The notes below the pieces were generated by a model. The model ran no database searches and was not told where the DNA came from. It saw only the letters and a list, made by a program, of their open reading frames with translations. Positions 21,997 to 30,690 of a stretch of 64,000 nt of DNA are shown one piece after another. Source of the DNA: Promethearchaeia archaeon (GTDB taxonomy: Archaea > Asgardarchaeota > Lokiarchaeia > Sigyniarchaeales > SOKP01); assembly GCA_029856145.1 (NCBI GenBank), contig JAHQWK010000004.1:96001-160000 (forward strand). Direction: 5' to 3'. A program made the position numbers and the translations under genes. Numbering within the stretch: position 1 is the first letter of the stretch; each line of letters opens with the position of its first letter.

Positions 21997-22419
21997 ATGA
22001 GTCCTAGACCTGGACCAATGCGTCGTCGTATGGTTCGCAGAGCTGTTCGCCGTCCTATACGACGTAATATATGGAGAGCCCGAAGAATACTATGGCGTAC
22101 CACCAGACGGTTGATCTTGGGAACTTCAGTATTATTAATGATTGGGGGTAGCTATGCTGTTTACAAACTTACTAAACACGATGTTGAAAGAATTGAACAA
22201 GAGACTGGTAAATCTGCGGAAAATATGACTGAAGATGAATTAAAAACTGCTATGAGAAATTTAGGCATTCAAAAAATGGAACTTACTCCTGACGACGGGA
22301 TACACATCGATAAGGTTGCGAATGAAGCTGAAACTGAAATAAAAAAGTTTTGTACATATTGCGGAGGTCAACTAGACTCTAATGCTCATTTTTGCCCTAG
22401 TTGTGGACAAAAGGTTTAA
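21997..22419 (+). CDS. Arg-rich N-terminus, one hydrophobic segment, C-terminal zinc ribbon
   Basis: RRRMVRRAVRR...; CTYCG..FCPSCG; GAGGTG RBS. Confidence 0.75.
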   Translation: MSPRPGPMRRRMVRRAVRRPIRRNIWRARRILWRTTRRLILGTSVLLMIGGSYAVYKLTKHDVERIEQETGKSAENMTEDELKTAMRNLGIQKMELTPDDGIHIDKVANEAETEIKKFCTYCGGQLDSNAHFCPSCGQKV

Positions 22420-22481
22420 ACTTTTTTAATTTTTTTTCTGATTGCTAGACTTATTTAAGTAGAAATCTTCTATATAAAAGT

Positions 22482-22730
22482 TTATAAGAAAATCTTATAT
22501 TCCAGATTTTTTAGATGATCTAAAGCTCTTTCATATATATTATTATCATTAATCCAGAGCTTCTTTAAATTCCGAAGCTCTTCTATTTCTTTAGTTTCTG
22601 TTAATTGATTATGTTGAAGATATAAAGTTTGTAAATTTTGGAGCTTTTCTCAATCTTTCAAATCTTTCAACTGATTATAACTCAGGTTTAATTCTTTTAA
22701 ATTTATGAAACATCCAAAATCTCTAACTTT
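22482..22730 (-). pseudogene. Leucine-rich-repeat gene remnant
   Basis: Manual translation: FINLKELNLSYNQLKDLKD*EKLQNLQTLYLQHNQLTETKEIEELRNLKKLWINDNNI; in-frame TGA at 22650-22652; no start found. Confidence 0.8.
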
Positions 22731-22954
22731 TAATTCCAGTTGATAATTTCTAATAAGAATGGAATTTCTAAATAGGTTAGCCAGTTTCTTATTTCTATTG
22801 AAGTTAATTTAAGAGGTTAATATGGAAAATTTTATATTCATAAATTCAGAACACTAATCATCTTTAAATATTATCCTAAATAAAATCATATACAAATCCA
22901 ATTTTTACCTCTAAATAGGAAAAAATGGACGAAATCTAATTATAAATTTAAAAG

Positions 22955-25582
22955 ATGAAAAAAATGAATAAAAAAGACAAATTTTTGGTTTTTGCTGCTT
23001 CAATTCTATTTATTTCTGTGTTTATATCTGGAGGAATGCCGCTTTTCTCAAATACATTCATTTTCTCAGCAGAAAGTAACCCTAGACTCAGTGCTTCTGG
23101 ATTAACTATAAATTCTCCAGTAGAAGGTAAAATATATACACCACAAATGGAAGGATATTATCCTGGTACATATGGATTCGAAAATGATGAGGATGGAAAT
23201 ATACCATCGGGATGGGTGAGTTATTCTACAGGTAGCTGTTATACTAAAGTTTTTTCAGAATTTCAAGGACATAAGAAAGTGTTAAGATGTTATGATAAAT
23301 ATTATGGAACAGGAAAATGGGATCTAAGAAATTCTTTTGAAGACCAAAGTTATGGTACAATAGAATTCTGGATGGCTACAAGTTCAACATCAAAAAGACA
23401 TACAGTATATATAGATGGAGATATATCATCCTCAATGACAGCAATTCGAATGGATGATGGGTATTTGCAATACTATACAAGTACAGGATACCATAATTTA
23501 AGTTCAATTACAGCTAATACATGGTATCATATAAGTATAGATTTCCGATGTAATGGTGCTCCTGCTTATGAAGGTTTAGATGAAAAGAAATTTCAAATAT
23601 CTGTGAATGGTGGTGATGAAAGTGGACCTTATACGTTAGATGGAAATGATGATGTCTGTCAAGTGAGATTGGCAAGTACTGGTCTTGAGGAAGATTTTTA
23701 TGGATACTATGATGCGTTTGGTTTTTCTTGGGATCCATCTTATGAAATTGGAGATAATCTACCGATGGAGGGGTACTATCCCGCGACCTATGGGTTCGAA
23801 AGTGATGAGGATGATTCCTTTCCAGATGAATGGACAGATGATAAAATAAATGGTTATGCGAAGATCATTTCAGAGAAAGGAGAGCATAAAAAGGTGCTTG
23901 ACTTGTACGATAATGTGGCAGCAAGTGGAAAACCAACAAAAGTATATAATAATCTTGGTCAAAGAGATTCTGGGACGATTGAGCTATGGATTCGACAGTC
24001 TGGCTTAGGAGATACAGATAAACGAGGACAGATTACAGGGGCGGGAGATAGCGGTAATGTGTTTCATATTAGGATGGTTGGTGGAAGCCCCGCTAAATGG
24101 GTTGTCCTAAATGGTGAGAGTTATGTTGATATAAGTGGAGCACCAACTCCAGTAGTAGATATGTGGTATCATATTCGAATTGATTTTGACCTTGGTGAAG
24201 AAGAATATTATATTTCTATTGACGGACACTCCCCTTATGGTCCATATAATTTTGGTGTTAATGAGCAATTAGAAAGGCTATACTTACATACTTATAGCTA
24301 TGGAGCTTATTATCATGTCTATTTTGATGCCATAGGCTACTCATGGGATCCTACTTATTTCGAAGGCAACAATAGAGAGGAAGGCTTTTTACTTGACTAT
24401 ACAAGTGATATTGAATTATCAGATGTGAAATATGAATTAAATGGTCATGAAAAAGCTATTGACGGTGATACTTACCTCCCTACATACCCATTTACAGAAT
24501 ATACGGTTAAAGTAACCGGTTATGGACCTGATAGTACCTACTATGAATCAGAACTTATAACATATTCTACAGCACCAATAGAACATTTTGACAACCATTG
24601 GGGGCTTACGGAAATTCGAGCTGATGATGTATGGTATGGATTTGGTGTTAAAGGTGCTGGTGTGAAGGTTTTAGTTATAGATTCCGGAATAGCCCTTAAC
24701 CATCCAGATTTAAAAGCGAATTATAAGGGTGGGTATGATTTTTTTAATGGAGATACTATTCCTGAACCTCCATATAACGATGCAAGTCTCGCTCATGGAA
24801 CGAAATGTTCTGGTATAATAGCAGCCGTAGATAATAATTTTGGAGGCATTGGTGTAGCTCCTGAAGTGGAACTTTATATGGCGCGTATTTCTAATGATGA
24901 TGGTGGCACGTGCTGGGAATATATTCACGAAGCGATCTTATGGGGTATAGATCAGCATACGTCCATAGATAATCCGTATGGTCCGATGGATGTAATTTCT
25001 ATGAGCTTTGTTTATTGGACTGAGGGAACATATGCCAGTGACATTATAGATGCATGTGAAGCAGCTCGTGATGCAGGTACTATTCTTGTTGCATGTTCTG
25101 GGAATGCTATTTATAACGATCCTTCTCCGTATAACGATCCCTCTTGGGTAAGATTTCCTGCTAGCCTCAACGATTATGTAATTGCTGTAGGGGCGATAAA
25201 TGAGGATCTAGAAAGAGGATCATACGAAAATAATAACTATAAGTGGGCAAGTTGCTATGGTACTGAGCTAGATTTAGTTGCTCCAGGAAAAAAAATTTAT
25301 ACTACTGCGAAGATTACAGAAATATATGAGGAAGAATATGCATACTTTAAAATGACATCTGCTGCTTGTCCGTTCGTTGCCGGAGTTTGTGCTCTAATTT
25401 TGAGTGCTTCAAGCTATATTCGAGAAACTCTTACAGGAGCAGCCCGTGTTAATGCTGTAAGGAATTGCTTATATTATGATCCAATCTGGAATTCAGCATG
25501 GGGGAGTGATCCCAATAATGAATATGGACACGGATTAGTTGATGCTTATACTGCGGTTGAATACGCTTTAGCTTATTCCTAA
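22955..25582 (+). CDS. Secreted S8 subtilase with two N-terminal ConA/LamG-like beta-sandwich repeats
   Basis: Signal peptide; duplicated MEGYYP.TYGFE.DED...WYHI.IDF...DA.G.SWDP; triad IDSG, HGTKC, MTSAACP; oxyanion SGN. Confidence 0.9.
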   Translation: MKKMNKKDKFLVFAASILFISVFISGGMPLFSNTFIFSAESNPRLSASGLTINSPVEGKIYTPQMEGYYPGTYGFENDEDGNIPSGWVSYSTGSCYTKVFSEFQGHKKVLRCYDKYYGTGKWDLRNSFEDQSYGTIEFWMATSSTSKRHTVYIDGDISSSMTAIRMDDGYLQYYTSTGYHNLSSITANTWYHISIDFRCNGAPAYEGLDEKKFQISVNGGDESGPYTLDGNDDVCQVRLASTGLEEDFYGYYDAFGFSWDPSYEIGDNLPMEGYYPATYGFESDEDDSFPDEWTDDKINGYAKIISEKGEHKKVLDLYDNVAASGKPTKVYNNLGQRDSGTIELWIRQSGLGDTDKRGQITGAGDSGNVFHIRMVGGSPAKWVVLNGESYVDISGAPTPVVDMWYHIRIDFDLGEEEYYISIDGHSPYGPYNFGVNEQLERLYLHTYSYGAYYHVYFDAIGYSWDPTYFEGNNREEGFLLDYTSDIELSDVKYELNGHEKAIDGDTYLPTYPFTEYTVKVTGYGPDSTYYESELITYSTAPIEHFDNHWGLTEIRADDVWYGFGVKGAGVKVLVIDSGIALNHPDLKANYKGGYDFFNGDTIPEPPYNDASLAHGTKCSGIIAAVDNNFGGIGVAPEVELYMARISNDDGGTCWEYIHEAILWGIDQHTSIDNPYGPMDVISMSFVYWTEGTYASDIIDACEAARDAGTILVACSGNAIYNDPSPYNDPSWVRFPASLNDYVIAVGAINEDLERGSYENNNYKWASCYGTELDLVAPGKKIYTTAKITEIYEEEYAYFKMTSAACPFVAGVCALILSASSYIRETLTGAARVNAVRNCLYYDPIWNSAWGSDPNNEYGHGLVDAYTAVEYALAYS

Positions 25583-25693
25583 CCTCCTAAATATAATTAA
25601 ACTTTTTTTTTTTTTTAGTGTGGAATAGTTCTAAAGTTTTTTTATTTATAATCTACAACTCTCTTATTCTTTAAATTATGTGAAAAGCATTTT

Positions 25694-25948
25694 ATGAAGT
25701 TGATGATAAAGGAAAGTAAAATTGAAAAAGCTAGAAGGGCGTTAATTCAGCAAGCATTAGACGAGATTTGTAATGTTCCAAATTATAATACTTCATATTG
25801 CAGCACTTTCTGCGTAATCGCAAAACTCGGCTTGCAAATGAAAGTAAAGGAAGAAAAACTATTCGAGATGGGAGATTGGAATAATCCAGAATGTCATGAT
25901 GAGCTAATAGAGAAAGAAAAGATATTTTTAGTTAAGCAAATTCGATAA
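25694..25948 (+). CDS. Small hypothetical protein
   Basis: 84-aa ORF with ordinary composition. Confidence 0.5.
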   Translation: MKLMIKESKIEKARRALIQQALDEICNVPNYNTSYCSTFCVIAKLGLQMKVKEEKLFEMGDWNNPECHDELIEKEKIFLVKQIR

Positions 25949-26136
25949 GTAAGATATTCAGAGTCTAAGATTGTGTACAGAAATCTATAATTCTATGGAT
26001 AAATATCTTTTTAATACTTAGCTTCTTTAATTAAACTTTATTTATTTGAATTGTAAAATCGTTAGAATTAAGCCCTTCGATAAAAGTTAATAAAAGACTT
26101 CCTATTATCAAACAATCTATATTAGGTCAATCTTGG

Positions 26137-26349
26137 ATGGAGGGAATAATAATTATATTCCACAACAAAGAGGTTCAATTCTTGGATGAGCGTAGGAAAA
26201 AGAAACGATATCCATGGATAATAAATCCATATAAAGTAATGAGTACAGCTCAAGCTCGCGTTAGACAAGCAATAAAAAATAAGGAACAAAAAAAAGTAAA
26301 AGAACCTATTTCAGAAACCAACGAAATAGAATTAGAAAAGGTTCCTTAA
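26137..26349 (+). CDS. Small basic hypothetical protein (frame stays open 20 codons past the TAA, to 26412)
   Basis: ORF track; likely start at the TTG after GAGGT. Confidence 0.4.
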   Translation: MEGIIIIFHNKEVQFLDERRKKKRYPWIINPYKVMSTAQARVRQAIKNKEQKKVKEPISETNEIELEKVP

Positions 26350-26802
26350 TGTGAATTAAAAAGACCTAAGGTTCAAGGTCGTGAGAGACTAGAAGGAAAA
26401 GATCTAAAATGAATAAGAATAAGAAAATTATTATCGAAGATCTTAAATTTTGTTAAGTTAAAATTATAAAAAAAATTATAAAAAAATCAATTGATTTGCT
26501 AGGTTCAATTGGAAATTTAAGAAAAAATTTCATATCCCCCAAGGTAGAATTACGCAAACTTGCCATTTACGTAAACGTGATGGATAGGATTTCGGATTTG
26601 AGATTAACTCTCTTCTGATTTTTTCATTTAAATATTCTCATTATAAGAACTAGTTATAAAGGAAAAGAGGAAAAATTTGTCGAAATATATATAATAAAAT
26701 TGAGTCTACTTTTTTGTAAAAGCAGCGATGAATTTAAATAATACTCTTGTCAAAATGTGCTTAATCAATAATAATCTAGAAAAAAAATTGGGATGAAATC
26801 AA

Positions 26803-27990
26803 ATGAAAATCAAAGCAAAATTTATAATATTATATTATAGTTTGATCCTTATTGGATTTTTAATAGTAAATACTGGCTTAAATTCTCAGAGCTTTAGGTT
26901 ATTTGATAATCTAAAAGAAGAAGAGATAACTTCTATTATACCTAGTCAGGGTACAGTAACTATGTACGAATGGACTCCATATGGAAGCATAAGTGCATCT
27001 AGCCCAATACCAGATCCTGATGAACAGGATTATTTTGAATGGAGCATTTCTACTCTTTATGGTCCAGGATTTTCATGGTATATGATGAATAATACAGATT
27101 TTTTGGCATTGATTACTTTGCAAAATGAATGGCGTACTCGTGGAAATTTCTCCTATACCGCACTTTTATCAGATGAGGAGGAATCCGCCTCGGGGACTTT
27201 TTATCCTTCTTATTTAGATACATGGTGGTTCGTAACAATTAACCATTATACTGGTATTAACTGTTCGGTTGCTCATACAGATGATTGGCTTGATGACTTT
27301 ATTACTGTTGATGAACCTACAAATTCTAATTCTTGGGCAGATGATATGTCTCATTATATTAATTGGACGTGGGGTGGTGATTTTGCATATGTTGATATTG
27401 ATTTGTATTATGATGGTGATTTATTAAGCAATATTGCCACAAATACTCAGAATAATGGTTCTTATCTATGGGAGATTCCTGTAGAGACCTTTCTATTTAA
27501 CGATCTATATCAAGTGAATATATCTAATAGCGAATTTAATGCTACTTGGGGCATGAGTGATGCTTATTTTGAGATCGAGGAGAAAAAATCCATTTTAGTT
27601 TATACCCCTTCTGCAACCGATTCTTGGAAAAAAGGAACAGCTCAAGAAATTAAATGGAATTCAACTGGCATTATTGAAAACGTGGACATTGAACTTTTTA
27701 AGAATGGAGTATTTGAGATGGAGCTTGCTTCAAATGAAATAAACACCGGCTCATTGATTCCTTCTTGGGCAATCCCTTCAGATCTCGAAGACTCTACCCA
27801 ATATCAAATAAAAATTACAGATTCATCTGATCCTTCCATATATGATTTTAGCGACTACTTTGAAATATACACCCCTATACCTGATATTCCAGGGTATGAT
27901 GTAATCATAGTACTAGGTATATCTATTGCTAGCATAATAGGCTTAAGTTGGAAATTAATATTAAAAAGAGACGAGCGAATTAACTCATAA
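26803..27990 (+). CDS. Cell-surface protein with two Kre9/KNH-like Ig domains and a Loki-CTERM-like anchor
   Basis: Signal sequence; repeats P....W......I.W......VDI.L...N.GS..W.IP....YQ..I......S.YFEI; C-terminal IPGYD + TM + basic tail. Confidence 0.85.
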   Translation: MKIKAKFIILYYSLILIGFLIVNTGLNSQSFRLFDNLKEEEITSIIPSQGTVTMYEWTPYGSISASSPIPDPDEQDYFEWSISTLYGPGFSWYMMNNTDFLALITLQNEWRTRGNFSYTALLSDEEESASGTFYPSYLDTWWFVTINHYTGINCSVAHTDDWLDDFITVDEPTNSNSWADDMSHYINWTWGGDFAYVDIDLYYDGDLLSNIATNTQNNGSYLWEIPVETFLFNDLYQVNISNSEFNATWGMSDAYFEIEEKKSILVYTPSATDSWKKGTAQEIKWNSTGIIENVDIELFKNGVFEMELASNEINTGSLIPSWAIPSDLEDSTQYQIKITDSSDPSIYDFSDYFEIYTPIPDIPGYDVIIVLGISIASIIGLSWKLILKRDERINS

Positions 27991-28218
27991 AATTAAACAA
28001 ATTTTTTTTTTAAAATTGTACACTGTTATAGAAGGAGTTTAGGTGATAAGTTAAGAATAAAGTAATCCATTTATTCCTCCATGTCATCATATATATTTTT
28101 TCTGTAATTTTCATACACCTGTTGAATATAATACTTACTAATTATCTAATTCTATTTAAACAAAAAATAACTATTTAAACCAATATCATGATATCTAATT
28201 AGTAAGGGTGATAAATAA

Positions 28219-28410
28219 ATGGAAAAAAAAAGTGTCAGCATTATCATAATAATTATTGGAATAATTTTTGTGGTTATTGGTAGTGGTCTTCTATGGACAT
28301 CATTTACCATGGCCGAAGGAGGATTGGTACGGGCTCCTGCAATTTTCTTTCTATTAATCGGCTTTGTTTTATGTATTTTTGGTATCATAAAGTATCATAA
28401 AAATTCATAA
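28219..28410 (+). CDS. Small two-TM membrane protein
   Basis: GGTGA RBS; two hydrophobic helices. Confidence 0.65.
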   Translation: MEKKSVSIIIIIIGIIFVVIGSGLLWTSFTMAEGGLVRAPAIFFLLIGFVLCIFGIIKYHKNS

Positions 28411-28542
28411 ATTAGAGCAGGAAATGACAGGATTAAAAGGAATTATTAAAAATCTCAAATTAAAAATTTGATTTATCAAATTTTTTTATTCTTTTGTTTT
28501 GATTTAAGTGAGATATAAGAATGAGAAAAAATAACTATCTAT

Positions 28543-29877
28543 GTGAATTATCAACATGATCCCATTCTAACGCGGGTCATTGATGACTTAATTGGTCGAT
28601 ATTCTGACAATATCATTGCGATATTTGGAATTGGGAGTTATTTTGATGATTCTCTCCCTCCTAATTGGGTTAAGAATGATATTGATATCATTGTTATTGT
28701 AAAATCATTAGAAAAAATCCCAAAACCAGATTGGACGGATGTTCGTTACAAGAAAAGGCAGATAACTGGGATTCAGGTTTGGATTGGCTTTAATACAATT
28801 CACGGATATCAAGACAGATATAGTTTTAGTAAAGAATCATATTCGAATTATGAATGGAGTCTAATAGAGCTTAAACATTCGGAAAACTCCATATTACTAC
28901 ATGGAAGAGATATTCGAGATCAATTTCCTAGTACTGTTGATCTTCAATTTGATTATGATGATATATTAGCGCGAGGCTTGTACCACATTGATAAATCAAT
29001 GAAAGAACAAGATTTGTCTAAGGCAATGAAAGAACTTTCGAAAGGGATATTTAAATTAGCATTTAATTTCTCTATCTTTTTTACTCCTCATTTTCGAAAT
29101 ACCTCTATAATAGAGATTGGAAATAAATTAAAAAAAATGGGAGAAACAAATGAGGATATAGAAAAGATGGATGGATTTTTCGAAGAGGCATTAATCTTTA
29201 GGATCACAGGACAATATAAATCCAACTTCATAGAATTGCGTGAAAATTTAATAGTATTCATTTTTACAATGTTAGAGAACGGAAATCTACATAAAGAGAT
29301 GAATTATCTGGATATGGTTAAATATCTTACTACCACTTTTAGTGGATTTTCCGAGTTACTTCGACATGTCCAAAACTCTAATTTATTTAACGATAAGAAA
29401 ATTAGAATAGAAACTATTACATTTGGTATGCGAAACATCATTATTTCAGGATGGATAAAACAGATTTATGGTACGTATAAATTTGATAGAGAAGAAGGGA
29501 CAAAAGGTAAAGTTGGCTCTTTCTTACTTTCTGATCCTACAGGAGAAATACGGGTGGTACTTTGGGATGATCAAGTAAAATATTTTAGAAGTAATGACTT
29601 TAATGTAGGTAGAAGTATTTACATTATCAATGGATATACGAAAGAAAGCCGAGATCGCGGGATAGAGATTCATGTGAGCTCATATGGGAATATTTATTTA
29701 TTACCCGAAGATCAAAAAGCAAAGAAAGTAAGACAGATTACTAAAAATGAGGTTGCTAAAAGGTTAGAGTTCATAAAAGATGCGAAATCTATTAGAATTC
29801 CGTGCCCATTTTGTGGTTTTTTATGTCCTCCTGATATAAAAATGTGTAGAAAATGTGGCGAGCCATTACCAAAATAA
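28543..29877 (+). CDS. Pol-beta-type nucleotidyltransferase + helical domain + RPA/SSB-like OB fold + zinc ribbon fusion
   Basis: IFGIGSYF..NDIDIIVI; FDREEGTKGKVGSFLLSDPTGEIRVVLWDDQ; CPFCG..CRKCG. Confidence 0.8.
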   Translation: MNYQHDPILTRVIDDLIGRYSDNIIAIFGIGSYFDDSLPPNWVKNDIDIIVIVKSLEKIPKPDWTDVRYKKRQITGIQVWIGFNTIHGYQDRYSFSKESYSNYEWSLIELKHSENSILLHGRDIRDQFPSTVDLQFDYDDILARGLYHIDKSMKEQDLSKAMKELSKGIFKLAFNFSIFFTPHFRNTSIIEIGNKLKKMGETNEDIEKMDGFFEEALIFRITGQYKSNFIELRENLIVFIFTMLENGNLHKEMNYLDMVKYLTTTFSGFSELLRHVQNSNLFNDKKIRIETITFGMRNIIISGWIKQIYGTYKFDREEGTKGKVGSFLLSDPTGEIRVVLWDDQVKYFRSNDFNVGRSIYIINGYTKESRDRGIEIHVSSYGNIYLLPEDQKAKKVRQITKNEVAKRLEFIKDAKSIRIPCPFCGFLCPPDIKMCRKCGEPLPK

Positions 29878-29983
29878 TATCAATTGGCTTATTATTGAAT
29901 TTAAAATTTACGCAATAAAATATCTGAAATGATTACTTCGGATTGTTGTCTTTTTTTAATTTCATAAGAATAAAGAGTAAGAG

Positions 29984-30100
29984 TGCCGGTGGAGGGATTT
30001 GAGCCCTCGACCTCCAGATTATGAGTCCAGCACATTCAGTCTGACCCAAATTTCAGAATGTATGCGTGTCTGGCGCTATAACCAGCTAAGCCACACCGGC
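29984..30100 (-). tRNA. tRNA-Met(CAT), elongator type, 43-nt intron at position 32/33 (30025-30067); CCA not encoded
   Basis: GCCGGTG/CACCGGC acceptor, A73; anticodon at 30021-30023; strict BHB with CCAG/CTGG helix and bulges ACA and ACT; 74 nt after splicing. Confidence 0.92.
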
Positions 30101-30112
30101 GTTTTATTACAA

Positions 30113-30243
30113 TGGAGCCTCAAGGGGGTTTATCATTTTCGAGCTAAATGCTCGATTATTATGATCCCCCGACCTTTGCCTTTTTGCATAAAATTATATA
30201 ATTTAATACCAAGGCAACGCTCTACCAACTGAGCTATTGAGGC
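30113..30243 (-). tRNA. tRNA-Thr(GGT) with two introns: 37/38 (30182-30206, 25 nt) and 59/60 (30130-30159, 30 nt); CCA encoded
   Basis: GCCTCAA/TTGAGGC acceptor, U73-CCA; TTGCC/GGCAA anticodon stem; GGGGG/CCCCC T stem; 76 nt after removing both introns. Confidence 0.9.
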
Positions 30244-30690
30244 ACTTTTTTTCAAAACCTATGCTACTATCATTAAATAATTGCTAAATTAAAAATTTTT
30301 TTACAATACAGAAATTAAGATATTTTAATGTATAATAATTTTATATTTTATACCCTAATCTTAAATTTATTATTTTGAAATAAAAAAAACATTTAATTTG
30401 ATTTAGGATCACTTTAACTATCATTAAATTTTAGAATAATTATGAGTTAGGATGAAAGGACACTTAAGAATTTGGAAAGAAATTTAAAAGAAACTGAAGA
30501 ATGTTGTCAAATAAGTAGTATAAATTTGGAAAAATAAACTATAAAATTAAAGATTTTTGAAGCAAATTATTTTTATTTATAAATTCCTATATTTTACTAT
30601 CTAATATAATTATTAAATGTAGCTTAGATATAAAAATCCAAATTTATTGATTTCTCTAAAATTCATTGAAAAAAAACATAAAAAGTTAAA

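Noticed and set aside
9600-22652. Selenocysteine, pyrrolysine or genetic-code reassignment as the cause of in-frame stops
   Set aside because: The stops are TAA, or a TGA at an LRR Leu position; TAA, TAG and TGA all terminate normal genes here.
29999-30232. 77-aa ORF
   Set aside because: Antisense to the two tRNA genes; spurious.
30442-30537. ATG-AGT-TAG followed by a short open frame
   Set aside because: Too short and featureless to call even a remnant.
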